The notes beneath the pieces were generated by a model. The model was not told where the DNA came from. It saw only the letters and a list, made by a program, of their open reading frames with translations, and ran no database searches. From Podarcis pityusensis (lineage: Eukaryota): DNA of 64,000 bases. Of this stretch, positions 1 through 14,005 are shown one piece after another. Location: assembly GCA_964106645.2 (NCBI GenBank), contig OZ067046.1. One strand, 5' to 3'. A program made the translations under genes and the position numbers. Each line of letters begins with the position of its first letter. Position 1 is the first letter of the stretch.

Positions 1-1530
1 GTTATGACCCTTTCTGTTCATATAAACAGCTGGAAGATTACAGCAGAACCCACTTCCTCCAATTATTTTCAGGGTTAAAATGCATGAAAACAGGTTTGTT
101 TGTTTTTTCCTGTAAGCAATTAACATGAAAATGAATGTTAACCTTCCACCAGATTTCAAGTAGTGGATTTTCCATCATGTCAAAGGTCACTTAAAATGCA
201 TAAATTATGAGGTAAGGGTATGTCAGGAAAATGGGATGAAGTGATGTCTGAATGCAGCCTCTGTGTCTCCAAATGTTATCAAGACTATGAAGGCCCAGGT
301 GGGCTTTCAATTATAGGATATGCTTTTGTTTGAATAACACAATAATCAATTAAAATGATATAGATATGTTGGTAGAATTTTAAGTATTCATATGTAACAA
401 TGTCTGTGTGTGTTCTCTGTGAGTTTTATATGAGTAACAAAAAGCAGCATCAAGCCTGTGGTTCTTTGATTATTTATCTGGAGGCTCATAAAAGACAGTG
501 TACAGCCCAATTAGAAAACACAAAGAGTCTTGGACAGATAACCATTGTAATATGAATCCCTTTAATATGAAAATGCAAAGAAACACTAAAAATTTATAAT
601 ACAAGATAAAATTTAAAAGGTATCGCATATTGAACACTGGGGCCAGTTTGTCCCAATTAGCTAAGATGGCAAAGCAACCCAATGCCAATATTTGCTGCAT
701 CACCCAAAAAAAATGTGCTTAGGTCATTATATACTGATTGCTGAGTTGGTGAAGCATTATAAAAGTTGACATTTCTCTGCCATTTCAGAAATCAGTACCA
801 CAGACTTTAGAAAGCAATGCTAATAGAAATGTTCAGAACCAAAATCCCAAGCTTTACATAAAAAAAGAAAAACTGAAAGGAAAGGTTATTACTGAACTAA
901 ATAACCTGCAAATTAATTCACTTTTATTGTGTTGTTTTACTTCATTTGGGTCAGCATTGATTTGATTATCAAGAAAGCTAGATGACAAACTTCAGCAGGT
1001 TTATCTTTTAGAATGAGCGTGTCCAACCCGTGGCTCTCAAGATATTGTTGTGATACATTTCCCCTCATCCCTGACCATTGACCAGCGGTTGGAGCCTATC
1101 TGTATGTGGAGGACCATTTACTGCAATCTGCTTTACAATAGCTAGTATTCAAAAGGTGGTTTCAAAAAGCAAACCTCCCCAACTCCAAAAAAGAGGGTGC
1201 CTTGTTCTTAGTTAGGGCCACGGACATGTACATCTGGACTGTGGTCAAAGCATCACTTGTTTTCTGATTCTCCCTTCCACTTCAGGTTTGTCCTTTTTGA
1301 AAGAAGAAATCTGGTTGCATCTGCAAAATGGGAGAGGTAACCAGAAGCAGGTGGGTTTCTTCACAAAATAGGCAGGTCACTTCCTCCTAACAAGGGATTT
1401 GTCCTTTCCAGACCATAATTTCCATGTAGATTCCCCACTACTGCATAATCAGAAATAGGGCTTGCTCAGTGCTATCCCCAAGAAGTTGGCTGCCAAAGAA
1501 GCATTCCATTGTGCTGTTTTCAAAAGAAAA

Positions 1531-1597
1531 AAGGAAGGAGGGAGGGAGGGAGAGAAGGAAGGAAGGAAGGAAGGAAGGAAGGAAGGAAGGAAGGAAG
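1531..1597. repeat. (GGAA)n polypurine microsatellite
   Basis: Seen directly in the sequence. Confidence 0.95.
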
Positions 1598-3172
1598 ATT
1601 TTAATCATGAGGTCATCTCATGGCCAGCTTTCATGTGAACTGGCTCACTATCCAGTTCTGTTGTCTGCAAAGTTGACAATCTCATTCATGTGAAATGAGT
1701 TTATCTGTACTATAAATCCCATTCTTAAAAATCTATCCATCTCCCTCACGTGCTGATAGTCTCAGGGCTAGCCCACCCATGAAGTAAGGTGAAGTGACCA
1801 CCTCAGGTTGCCAGATCCACAGAGGCAGAAGGTCCTCATGTAGATCTTCATTATTTTCCCCTGTTTCTGATAGAGATCTTTACTAGCCCCTTCTGATGAG
1901 GGGTGAATGGGCCCTGTCATTCATTCATTCATTCATTCATTCATTATCTTTGACTGGCCAGTAATAGTCTTGTTAGGACTCTGTCTCAGATGAAATGCTA
2001 ACCAGATGAAATGCTATAAAGACTAAGAGCACTTTTTTCCCTTAGCAGTGATTCTACAGGGTTAAGATAAGGTAACATGAGGACACACATTCTTAGCTGG
2101 AGGGCAGCACTTTGGTTCATAAAGGGAACAGCCACTCCTTTGAAGAATTTTATATGATAGGTGCAGAAACAAATATTATACAGACTGGTTTTGGACTAAT
2201 TCGTGTGCTATGTCAGATGCTGTGCTGTGGGGAAACATGAGATCCGACAGTGACAGGTAGACATATCCTTCAAGTTGAGAAGTTAGTCAACAACAGCAGC
2301 AGCAAAATCAACATCAAATTCAAAGAAATTATTTTTGGTCCTTTTTCATGGCACTTCAATAACAACTGTCCTTTAATAATGTATTTAAAATATTTTTGAG
2401 TTGAATCTTGGGGTTATTTTTGTTCTTCTGTAAGTAGATATTGTTGACATCTTTCCCATCGTTGACAGGTAAGCATCTCTGCCTGCCTGAATTCAGAGAA
2501 AGAGATGAGAACAAACAATTTCTGTAGCTCTTCTAAATCAACGGAACTCATTCAGTGCCAGTTCAGAGAAATGCTTTGAAATGTCTGTTTTTCTCCCATG
2601 GCCTGGTATAGAAAATAATGTCTAATATTGCACATGTTCTTGAAAACAACTTCTTCTGCATTTGAAATGCTTTGAATCTCCACTATTCCATGTGTTATCT
2701 TCCATAAACTTTTTTGTAGAATAAAAAAGGTCAATATTCTTATATAATATAAAAATTGAAACAATTGGAAGTAGGCTTTAAATGTCAGAAAACAATGGAC
2801 AAAATCCATTTTTGCCTATGCGCTTGAACCATGGAAATTAGCTTATACAATGGGACTTCTTGTTTTCTTCTTTTCCCTCCAACCCCATCAACAGATCCCA
2901 AAACAGACTCAACTTTTTGTTCCAGAAAGTTGTAGGACTTCTGAAGTAGATTGAAAGGGGTTATTGGAGAGGGGGAAGAAGGACTCTCACCTTTCTCAAA
3001 TACAAATAAAAACATTTATAAATTCTATTTCATCACACTTCCCCATGTTTTTATCCATAATCTCACTCCAATTCTATTTTTATCTGTGCTTTAAAATAAT
3101 TATATCAAAACTTGATTAAATATATTGGCTGCATTCAGACAGCACTTTGTTCCATCTTCATGATGTTTCAGT

Positions 3173-3208
<36 letters not shown>

Positions 3209-3867
3209 TCTTTCACACAGTATAAAAATTGCTTCTGGAAATCTTGTGAAAGTTTAGTGCTCATTTCTATATTAATACTTCCGGGGGGGGGGGATCTGTT
3301 TGCAACTCTGGAAACCTGGAATAATGTGCGTGTTTTGCTTTGCACATTTCAACAGTTCTGGATCACACCTCCCTTGTTCTCTTAGAATGTCAATGACACC
3401 CACCTGAGATGTGCCAGAACTGAGTTCCGGCAAGATCTGGTTGGGAAAAAAAGCCCTGGTTGTGGTTATTCATTTTAATAGAAAGGCACCCTCTAAGCCA
3501 CTCATTTCTTACTGATGACATGCTTGTAAGCTACAAACTACAATTCTTAGCTTCCCTAAAACACCTGGATAGAAAATCCTGAGAAATAGTTGCAAATGGG
3601 TCTTCTGAATTGGTAGAACTCTGAATTTGGATTTTGTTTCAGTACAACTTGTGTAAACCTGCATCGATTGAAAACCTATGAGTTTATAAGCCATGTTGGA
3701 CAAGCACCTGCCAGTGTTCATATTTTTAAGTGAATAATATACAAATAAATAAATAAATAAATAGATACATACATACATAATAAAAATATTATATAAGAAA
3801 TTACAATAACTAGCAACAACACATCATACACTCTTGCAGAAGGCTGACTGCAATATTCATAAGCCCA

Positions 3868-4081
3868 GGGTTGTATCCAGTGCTCCATATGCATAGTTCC
3901 ACTTGTGCAATGGAACTTCTGTGTTCTCTCATCCACTCACATGCCCCCAAAATCTGCTCTAGATTATCTTTTCTCCCAAAACTGATTTTGAGGGTAGAGA
4001 TGACAAGGAGGGGGAGAGGAAGAACCATTGCACATACTTAAGTCCTATGTACCAGTGGTCCTGCAGCACTGGATACAGCCC
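3868..4081. mobile_element. Palindromic MITE (probable PIF/Harbinger)
   Basis: TIRs GGGTTGTATCCAGTGCT and AGCACTGGATACAGCCC, with an internal TGTGCAATGG / CCATTGCACA pair. Confidence 0.75.
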
Positions 4082-4461
4082 TTAAAGTCTAAAGCATTGC
4101 TTCATTCACTTTGTGAAACAAGACCCCATGAAATGTTCCCAGTACCGTACTCTCAGCAAGAGGTTAAGCATGTAGGTTAATATACCTTGGATAACATCTT
4201 TGTTGGAAGGTATGTGAACGCCTAACAAATTATGTGTCAAAAAGTACTGCTTTAACATTTTAATTAATTGTGTGTATTTATTTGCCATACCCCTTATCCT
4301 GAAGATTCATAGATATTATATGCCAATGGAAGTATCTTGAAAACAATTCCCAGTAGTTCTCATTAAGAGCAAATGACACAAGATGAATTTCTGTATTAAA
4401 AAATAATAAAATTAGGCGAAGCAGTTTCAACAAGGACTCTCCTCTTCCTGGAGGGGAGGGG

Positions 4462-5052
4462 TTGTGAGCGGAAATCGCTTCCCGTGTGCACAGGGGAGGT
4501 GTGACCGGGCCCCCTGCGTCACTGGAATCCTGTGCCCGCGTCATGCACTCCAGCCAGCCAATCCAGCTGGCTGGTGGGCGTGGTTTTAGCCATTTAAAAC
4601 AGCTGTGGGCACACAAGCTCCTCCTTCTTGTTCCTGGCTTCAGCTCAGGTGGCAGTTAGGCATTGGAAATGAAGTTGTGTGTTGGACGGGAGGTTGTGGC
4701 CATCACCTACCCCTTCCCTTGAAGGGTGTTCCTTTAAAGGAATCCGGAGGTTGTGGTTCCTGTCCAATGCCCAGGTGGTGGCTAGGGCCATGACACAACC
4801 CTCCGGTGACTCTAGGGAAAGCTTCCAGTTGATTCGCATCAACAAGCTCCCCCTACAGGTTGTTAACCCTTGTGTAACTCCCTGCAGAGCAGGCAGGAGT
4901 CAAGTACAGTCTGTTTGGGCTCAATGCCTAAGCCAATATCACTCACATTCTGTAACCAATAAAGTTGTGGCCTTTTTTAGCCCATTAACCTAAAATACTT
5001 GTGTCCATGTGTCTTATTTCATTACAAAGGGGGGAGGGGGCTCAACTCACAA
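4462..5052 (+). mobile_element. LTR-like element (family A), no TSD
   Basis: Inverted termini TTGTGAG...CTCACAA, CCAAT at ~4558, TATA-like TTTAAAA at ~4593 and AATAAAGTTGTGGCC at 4958-4972. It shares sequence blocks with 11657-12436. Confidence 0.65.
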
Positions 5053-5839
5053 ACAAAAGTTTGCTTAGTGACAATGCTATTGTTGAGAGAGAGAAGACAC
5101 TTGTGCATTTGCTAACAAACACATAGCATTAACAAGGAGTGGAAACTGCATATTGAGTAGCAGCTAGTAAGCTAGTATGACGTAGAACCAGAACTGGGAT
5201 CCATCAATGGCATGATGGCTTATTGTTATGAAAATGTAACTGAATCTATTATGCTAAGTGTTCAGGACCTTGGCTTATAACTTCAGTTATATGTAATGAA
5301 TTACAGAACATTGCACAGGAGCACAGATTTCACCATTGCTCTTCTGCAATTTTTACTGGAGCAATAGAAAAATGTCACATTTCACTGAGGATAGATTAGA
5401 AAGAACACTGTAAAAAGAGTCAATGACAACCTGGTGTGCAGCTCTAGCTTGGAGTCCTTACGCTGATATGACCTTGGACATGACATGCTCCTAAAATTAG
5501 TAAGGATAAAGGTAAATACTACCAATGTGAGCAAAGGGGCTGCAATATCTGCCAGTTACCCAAGTTTATGGCATTAGTTTTGGTTCACAAAGACCTAAAG
5601 AGTTCAGGACTGCAGGACCAGCTCCTCCTTGCTTCCATTGTCCTGACAGTACCACAGTTTACAAAGGTTGGATTGGTGTCCAAAGAAGGGCCTGTTACTT
5701 TGTGATGTCCACTATGTGGAATACTCCCGAGGGAAATTAGGCAGTTAGAGACCCATTTATTTACCCTGGCCTTTTGTAACCCCTTTAGTATCAGTCCCAG
5801 ATGCATTTGCATTATGAAGTACATGGATTACTTTGGTTT

Positions 5840-5877
<38 letters not shown>

Positions 5878-6241
5878 ATCAATTTTATTCTTCTCATGAA
5901 TGGAAAGCGGTTTAGAATTTTTTATAAAAATAAATGAGTAAAAATAATAATTTCATGGAAGTGCATGTGCAAAGGATAGCGGTAGATGATCCAGCATGTG
6001 TCAGAAATGATGCAACAAGTAGGAAATTGTGCTGTTTTCTGTGTTCCATGCACAGTCATGATAGGGAGCTTTAGGCAACTCCTCTCCACTTTGAAAGAAT
6101 ATGGGAAGGGGTTATGGGACCACATAAGCTTAGTGCTGATGTATATGTGTTCCACATGAGGCAGAACTCTGGTCCAATCAGAGCACACACTCACCCTGAC
6201 ATGTAGGTACTTAAGATGTATACACTGGTACATATGTACTG

Positions 6242-6580
6242 CAGGGGAGGGGGAAGGGGGTGCGGTTGGTGTGGGCCACCCCGGGTGTCACCACTGAGGC
6301 GGGGGGATGGCAAAATGCCAGGTGGCACTCACCACAGGGCCTGCAGCGTGCCCGAGCCACACGTCTCTCCTGGGAGAGAGGCAGTGGTGTGGGTGCATGC
6401 AGGCTTCACGCTGCACAAACGGTCCGCCCGCTGCCTCCCCCCCCCCAGCTGTAGGACAGCTGAGTGGGAGGAGGCAGGTGGACTCCGGAGGAGCCGCGTT
6501 GCACCCCGCCCTATGGGTGGCTCGTCCCGCCCCTGGGTGTGCTGCCCCAGGTGCCCGAGCAGCTTCGTCCACCGCCACCT
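6242..6580. mobile_element. GC-rich non-autonomous DNA transposon (probable hAT MITE)
   Basis: It starts CAGGGG and has a CpG-rich interior and a degenerate right end (CCGCCAC). The interior is repeated in inverted orientation at 7238-7463. Confidence 0.55.
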
Positions 6581-6685
6581 TTCTGTGCTAGTCAAACAGA
6601 TAGATAGTAAAGATATGGTTTCTACGCACATCAGTTCAGCAATCCTCCTCATGCATTCTAAACAAATTACTTAAATAAGCCTCTT

Positions 6686-7692
6686 TCCATGCCCAATAAG
6701 CATGGGATGCCTTTGCCAGGTGGCACTGTGGACCATAGATTGCAGCAAAGCCCTGGGCAATTTGCCCAATCTCCAGTCTGTGTGGGCTCATGAGAAAAAC
6801 TGTCCCTTGAGCCCTTGTACAGGGGGAGGAGAGGAAAGCCTATATAAGGCTGCTTCCCCTGGAGCTCAGGGTCATTTTGCCCCAAGAGCTTCCTGCCCAC
6901 CCACTCTCAGGTGAGAGCCTTTGCTGAGAAATTTTGGGTCGCTAGTTGACAGGGCCAGCAAGGAATTTTCTCTCTCAACCTGATTGGCACTTGTGTGTTT
7001 TTTGTTTGTTTGTTTGCCTTTCCAGTAGTGAAATTGTGGCATTCCTTTGTTAGGCGGACGAACATTGTTTGTATGTGGGCAGAAATGGCATTAGGCAGGA
7101 TCATATGGGGGGGGGCTCCCATAGGGACCTAAGGGAAAGATTGACAACAGCACCTCCATGTTTGGGATGGGGTATCTGCCTGGTTGGTGTCTGTACCCTA
7201 GCATCCCAGTGAGACCTTGCTTGCTTGGCTTCCACCCAGTGGCTCCAGAGTCTGCCTGCCTCCTCCCACTTAGCCATCCTACAGTTGGGGGGGGGAGCAG
7301 CGGGCGGACCATTTGGGCAGCACTGAGCCTGCACATGCCCAATCCACCACGTCTCTCCCAGGAGAGATGCGTGGCTCAGTCATGCTGCAGACCCCATGGT
7401 GAGTGCCACCTGGCATTTTGTCACCCCCCTCAGTGGTGACACCCGGGGCGGCCTGCACCACGTGCTTCCACCCTGGCAAGGTTCAACACTGGCTGACTCC
7501 TATGTAACAGGTTTGGGGCAGTCCAAACCTGACGGATCCATCAACATGGGGTTTGTGGAATGATGAACTGATCCTGGAGCCCAATGCCATGCCAACCCTT
7601 CCTGCTGATGGCAATAAAGATTTGGCCTGATCTTATCCCACCACCATTCTACAGTCTGGTTATTTGCTGCTCTCATGGATCACATAATGCAC
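6686..7692 (+). mobile_element. LTR-like element (family C), interrupted by a 226-bp insertion
   Basis: Collinear with 35121-35889. TATATAA at 6841 and AATAAAGATTTGGCC at 7613-7627. Both copies end in CACATAATGCAC. Confidence 0.7.
7238..7463. repeat. Inverted, TIR-less copy of the interior of the 6242-6580 element
   Basis: Reverse complement of ~6266-6495, flanked by the direct repeat GCTTCCACCC (7228-7237 and 7464-7473). It is absent from the paralogous host copy at ~35660. Confidence 0.85.
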
Positions 7693-7850
7693 AAATAAAT
7701 ACAAATACATAGATATCATAAAATGTCTGATCTTGGACTTCTGTCTGTAAGTGCAACCAAAGGCACACTTAGCGCATGAACAATTTCCATCTACGAAGAC
7801 ATAATCTACCATGATTCCAGAGCTTTCAGCTTGCACTCTTTTGTTACCCC

Positions 7851-7853
<3 letters not shown>

Positions 7854-7915
<62 letters not shown>
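7854..7915. repeat. (CT)n(CA)n compound microsatellite
   Basis: Seen directly. Other simple repeats lie at 3176-3206, 5843-5873, 18553-18585, 23437-23462, 27955-28007, 29279-29317, 34053-34087 and 57431-57478. Confidence 0.95.
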
Positions 7916-10546
7916 CTGCCTTGCAGACCATACAGACTCTTATGTGCATTATATGTTTGACATTTGTAGCTGAACTTTGAGAAAGTTTCTTCCTAGAAGT
8001 TTGTCCTTCAGACAATGCAATGATTTGTGGAGAGAGGGGGGAAGATCAGAGACATTAGCATCGATGATCTGGGACAAAGATTTGAACCTGCTGACATCAG
8101 ATTTACCTGTGTTGGTAGTCATCATGGAAATGGACAGGTGATTTTCTGGCTGGAATGGCACATCGAGAAAAGTTTGCGACTTCTGGCTGCTAAGATGACA
8201 TTGCCTCACATGTCACATCCTTTCCCATGTGGAGAAGAACATCATTACTGCCGAGGCAGTTGCAATTGTGTTCCAGTGAAAGCCTACTGAAGAAAAAGCA
8301 CTGTGTGCTCATTGTCTATCCAGAGTCTGTAAACCTCACAGAGGAACAAAGCATGCTGGCATGGTTGCAGTACCAACAGGAGAACTGCCAGCCTTCTACT
8401 GTTTTCAAGTTTGCTCTTGTAAACTCTTCAGAAACTTAAGCACATTCTTTTACAGCGTTTCCGAACAGAGGAAGTCTACATTAAGTCTCCAAGTGCCTTG
8501 ATGAACTAGTGACTGCATGGGGTCATTTTCTCTTGTCTCCTCCTGCCTCTTTTGTCTCTTCCTGTCTTTAGAGAAAGTGCAGAGAGAGCAGAATGACTGA
8601 AATGACTTTTTTGTTAGATAAACGCTCAGGACTGTCTTTTGTGGTATAGGATATTTCTCTCTCTCAGCCTTTCTTGTGACTCCTCTATGGGTTTCCATTA
8701 AAAAAACAAAAAGAGAGAAGAAGCTTAAATTTTTTTTGTTGATGTTCTTATATTGGGGAGCTATTATTTGAATTTCCTAGCAACTGTCAGGTTTCTTGGT
8801 TTCTTCTCATGAGATAAAGAGATACTTGTGCTTTTGATAACCTCTCACTCTTAGGTTCACTTTTGAATTATGTGAACCAGTTTCAGCTGAACAAGAGGAA
8901 CCTGCAAAAGAATTAAAGAAATGTTGCAGCACAGAGAGCTTTAGTTGAGGATTCCAGACATTTCATCACACACACCCTGCCCCAGTTCTGAACTTCTACC
9001 CTCCAGCAGTCATGATACCATGTCCACTGAGCATGCTCAGTTCAGAAAATTTTATTGATTGATTTTATACCTCACCCTTCTTGCTCAGGGAGCCCAGGAG
9101 TGGGGTGGGGAGGTACAAAATTTTAAAACAAGCATAGCAAAGGCATTCTTGAACAGTTAAATTATTCTAAAAACAACTGAGATTTTTAAAAAATCAAAAA
9201 TGACTACAGTTAAAAAATTATAAAAACAGTCACAGTTACAAAACATTATTCCATCCACTCATCTTAAGAGTTGCCAGGAACAGTATTCTTCAATCACCAA
9301 ATGTCTGAGCAAACAGAAATATTTTTGAATTCCTCCTGATAATTTAGAATGATGGAGACAGGGTTATCCAGTTATGTGCAATTGGAGGGGGTTGAAGGGA
9401 TTCCCCATGTTTGATTCCCCGTAATTATGAATGTAGGGAAAACAGAGTTTTGTTTTTAAAAGATATAATTTGGTCCCAGTAACAGGCTGAATTAGAGAGA
9501 CATATATATCCCTTGGCTACATAGGGCCTCAGATATATGAGCTGGAGTTAGAATATAATGATTCCTATCAAAGAGCATTACTTCCCAATGCAACTCATCT
9601 ATTCTGCAACACTATGAATCCTACACACTGCATAACATAATAGAAGGCATGTCACATAAGCTGCCTCCTCTGCTAAAGTTGTAGGAGCATAGTTTAGTAA
9701 TTATAGACATTGTGCTCAGGGGAGATATTCCATAAGATATCTCAGTTTACTAAGCAAATGATCAAGCTGTATCCCAGATACATACTGCTAATGGTACTTG
9801 CTGATAAATATAACAATCTTCATAAAGACCTGAGAACATTTTTGATGATTGCAGCTCACTTGAAATTGCGTAACATTTGAAAAGTTGTAAAAAAACCCAA
9901 AAAAACCTCAGCTGGTGGAAAGTGACTGGAGATTGTTGTGTTCCTCCATCACTGTAACTTCAGGTGTTGTTCTGGACAGACACTCTATGATTAAAAAACA
10001 GCAACAACATAAACACTGTGATTGTGAACATATTCTGTGAGGATACATTTACAGATAAAAATGCCATACCCCCCACAAGTCTCCTGGTAAAAAACTGGAC
10101 ATCCCGTTTTCTCATGCGAGAGCACAGCATCTTAGGGTCTCTGTGATAATATGACACATGCGGGAGGAAGGTAAAAAACACACACATTTGTACCAACTGT
10201 TTTATAATGTGAGGGGAGTCCTCTATCTTCCTTTTTATCCGTGTACATAATAAAACTGTGTCATTCACTTACAAAGGAGTCTTTGTGCTTCTACCGAGGT
10301 TAGTGCTATAGGCTAGCTTCAGTATATATCATTCTGCATGGGTGCCTGATTGTAGCAACTTTTACAAGACTAATCTTTAAATCCTGGGTTTATTTAATTA
10401 GTTATTAAGTGTTAAATAAAACCAAGCTTTTTTGATACAAATTTTTTTTAACAAAATCCACACATTGTGCTGTGTTTTTTTCTTATGGCTTAAGCCTGCC
10501 ACCCAGTCTCTGTGCAATGTTATTTATTTATTTATTTATTTATTTA

Positions 10547-10843
10547 CAGTGGTGCCTCACAAGACGAAATTAATCCGTTCTGTGAGTCTCTTCGTCTTGC
10601 GGTTTTTTCGTCTTGCGAAGCACAGCTATTAGCGGCTTAGTGGCTATTAGCGGCTTAGCGGCTATTAACGGCTTAGCGGCTTTAAGAAAAAGGAAACTAA
10701 CTTGCAAGAACTCGCAAGACGTTTCATCTTGCGAAGCAAGCCCATAGGGAAATTCGTCTTGTGGAACGACTCAAAAAACGGAAAACTCTTTCGTCTAGCG
10801 AGTTTTTCGTCTTGCGAGGCATTCGTCTTGCGGGGCACCACTG
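10547..10843. mobile_element. Tc1/mariner (pogo/Tigger-type) MITE
   Basis: TIRs CAGTGGTGCCTCACAAGACGAA and TTCGTCTTGCGGGGCACCACTG, with TA on both sides. Internal TTCGTCTTGCG and CTATTAGCGGCTTAG subrepeats. Confidence 0.92.
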
Positions 10844-11656
10844 TATTTAATTCCATTTATCAATCACTTCCAACAAAACCATTTAAGAACAAAAACAAAA
10901 ACATGGAAAATATATCCAAACCAATCTTACAGATTTAGGATACTGCTCTCTTTGGAGATTTATTTGTAGAAGGTGATGGTGACCACACACCTGCAGAAGG
11001 AAACTCAAAGCACCTGATACCCCACTTCCCTGAGTTGCTTTTCACAAGCTGCTTTACATAACACAGCTGAGAGCTAGAAGGCCTTTTCATAGGAAGAATG
11101 CTCATCTATCATTGTAGATGATGGATCATTTTCCTTTTCTCTTAAAAAGCATTTTTCGTGTTAGCACTTCCACAAGAATAAATAATGGCATTTGAGAATG
11201 GCAGAATGTGTTCAAATAAAAATTCATGCTGACTTGAATTCCATACAATCAGGTTTTATATATTCAAGATTTTAAGCCATCAAAGGCAAAGGTGGAGAGT
11301 ATTGGTATTCATTAACGGTTCATTCAACAGATGCTTAGCCTGCTCCAGATAGTGGGGGAAATCCAGTGCTGTCATTAGACTTGCAAAACAGCTTTTGATC
11401 CAGCCCAAGTGTCTGCTGTTGTAGAAGGGGAGGTGTTTTTTCCAGGATTCCCCTTTCCAACTGCAGTCCTTGTGATACCTTTGATGCTGTTCTGACAAGT
11501 CCTCAACCCTCTCGAACACACTATGTGGGGGATCCGGATCCAGTGGGTCACATTGCCTTGATGGAGGCAGGGATAGCCCATGCAGATCCTCTATCTCTCA
11601 TACACACACACTTTATGTTTTATTACAAAGCGTGTTCTCCCTCATGGAGAGCATGG

Positions 11657-12436
11657 GTTGCGGTTGGGGCTGACGAGACACCTCACTGTTGCTAGGCAAA
11701 TGGTTTGGCCATCCTTTAAGCAGGGGCGGGCTGTTACTGGGGAAATCTAGATGTTGCCATTTGTTGATTGACAGCCCTATTTGTTAAATACAATGCACGC
11801 AGTGATGAACTTCCTCTTTTCACTGCATGCTTCGGATCACCTGCCCTCCCTTCCCTAATGTTAGGCTGTTTTCTTGACCTTGCTATGCCTGTCATGGGGT
11901 CATCTGCTTTGGGGCAGGGGCCCGGTAGGAATTTTGTCCATTTGGCTGATCAGTGTGTGCCATTTGGTTTTTGCCTACTGCGTAGCAAATCGTCACAACT
12001 TGTAAGGTTGCAGTTAGGTCTGGGAATTGGTTGGTGGAGGGGTATGGATTTGGCTGTGCCTGCCCCTCCAAAATGCTGCTGCTGCTGCAAGGGTTTTCCG
12101 TTAAGAGAACCGAGGGGCTCCCCATGCTTTTGTCCGAAACCCCCTGGCAAGGGGCTAGGGCCACGCAAGCCCCTGGGAGCATTCTGGGGAGAGGTGAGGC
12201 ATGGTACCCAGTCCTGTCTCACTCCCCAGTGACTTACCCTTTCTGACTTCGTGTGGGGTGTGAATGTCAGAGCTGTCCCGTGTGGGGTCAGTTAGTGCTA
12301 CCAATGCCTAAGCAACTACTCACATTGCTGTAATTTGAATAAAGTTGCGGCCAAAATTATGCCAAAAACCTTAAACAAAAATTAAGTGTCAATTGTGTTT
12401 TTCTTTGGGGGTGACTTGGGGACCTTGACGCGCAAC
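11657..12436 (+). mobile_element. LTR-like element related to 4462-5052
   Basis: Termini GTTGCG...CGCAAC. It shares CAATGCCTAAGC..ACTCACATT..TGTAA..AATAAAGTTGYGGCC (12338-12352) and GGCTAGGGCCAYG with family A. Confidence 0.65.
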
Positions 12437-14005
12437 AGATGGGGGTTATGAGGATCTTACTACAGACCTCCTGGTTTTTGAAAAGATACAAAAACATTTA
12501 AAGAGGAAATGTGAATCACTTAATCTCCTCTGTGTCATGCTTAAGGACATCTAGAAAAACAAAGATGGCATGACAGTAGCTAAAATGCAAAGTACGGTAT
12601 ATAGTTTGATAAGGAGAAACAGGGAAACAAATAGAAAAGCATGTTTACTTGCCCATATAGTAGTTCATAGTCTGAGACGTTGCTTCCTTGCCAAGTCAAG
12701 TGGTGTTCCAAAAATACACAACAAAATCTCTGGAATCGTGCACATAAATACATGCATTAACATTTATCGACAACCTTGTATTTGTACACTTCTTTTTTCC
12801 ACCTACATTTGTTTGACTTAAAAATAACACCATACTCAGCTTTCTCACAGCTGGGTTATTGTCTTCTGATGCATATTTAAAAGCTCCAAAATAATGCCAG
12901 GTTGGAAGAAACAGAAAAAAGCTCTAAAATACATGAGAGACAGTTCAGGCAATCTATAATTAGGTGCCTGTACTTTCATTCATTACTCCATTGATTCTTT
13001 TATTCTAGGGGAAATTGCAATAACATCAAAAGTAGACCTAGAAGTCTCAAAATTCATTATAGTTCCTATGCGCTTTAAAAGTTATTCCTGATTTGCTCTC
13101 TGAAGAATGCACAGCAGTATAATTGGAGTATATGAAAGTGTACAGCCACACTGATATTCTCTTCCCCCGCAAGAGTCATTTAGATTAATAAGGAAACATG
13201 ACACACTCTCAATGGGCATATGGAGGTTTGGCCCCCTACAGATGTGGCAAACTACATTTTGCTGCCTGAGGTGAACAAGATGCCATTCCCTTCCTATTCC
13301 ACTTACAGAGAAGTCTGGCAGTGGGCTGGTATGCTGTGCTTGACTGAAGAGTCACGTGTGTACACAGCTCTATCATCCAATAGAGCTGCATGAGGAACAG
13401 TCCGAGGGCTGCAGCCGTTCCCCGCCCTCTCCCCCAAGACCTGCTGCCTGAGACAGGCACCTCACTCAGCTTAATGGTAGGGCCAAGTCCTACACACTTC
13501 TGCAAGGTCACAGTTCCTTCTTTGTCAAGGATAGCTTCGTGCTAAAGGTTTATGCCACAGAACAGAAAATGCTCAGTATCAAACATTTATTTAGCCAGGA
13601 ATGCCAGCTGTTATTACAATATAATTACAGCGAGGCTCGGGTCAGCCCAGGTCACCTAAGTATGAGACTCAGCACATTTACTTGCAACAAGCCCTAAACT
13701 GAATCTAGGCAGCTAGTACAAAGGGAGAAGGCATATATTGTATGTATAGCACAGCATTACAACACAACACTTGTTTCACAGAGTTCTGCTGCACCATCCT
13801 GTGTATGTTCACCTAAAAGTAAATGCCACTGAGTTTCATTGTATGCATTTGATTGTATGCAATCATTTTACTATGTAACATTACAGTGTGCATTTCTACA
13901 TACGCCAGAAAGTCAATTTGTGTAGGATTTGGATATGGCACTCCTAGTGGCCATCTCATGCATATCAAGGATTCCCTATCAATGTAGAATTTAAGAAATA
14001 CGGTA

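Noticed and set aside
2438-2474. 31-nt plus-strand exon candidate ending CAG|GTAAGC (a similar one at ~24242-24272)
   Set aside because: The acceptors are weak, the length is not a multiple of 3, there is no supporting homology, and such donors occur by chance.
6216-7479. Cluster of overlapping 60-150-aa ORFs (similar clusters at 11768-12246, 19201-19568 and 32654-33364)
   Set aside because: All lie in GC-rich MITE or LTR sequence, are open in several frames at once and have no recognisable domains.
7916-8698. Possible minus-strand coding exon ending at GCAG|GTGTGT
   Set aside because: The frames I traced hit stops near the donor, the GT is the start of a microsatellite, and no protein is recognisable.
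10627-10680. Short repeat array (CTATTAGCGGCTTAG) as CRISPR-like
   Set aside because: It is a tandem subrepeat inside a MITE, has no unique spacers, and the DNA is eukaryotic.
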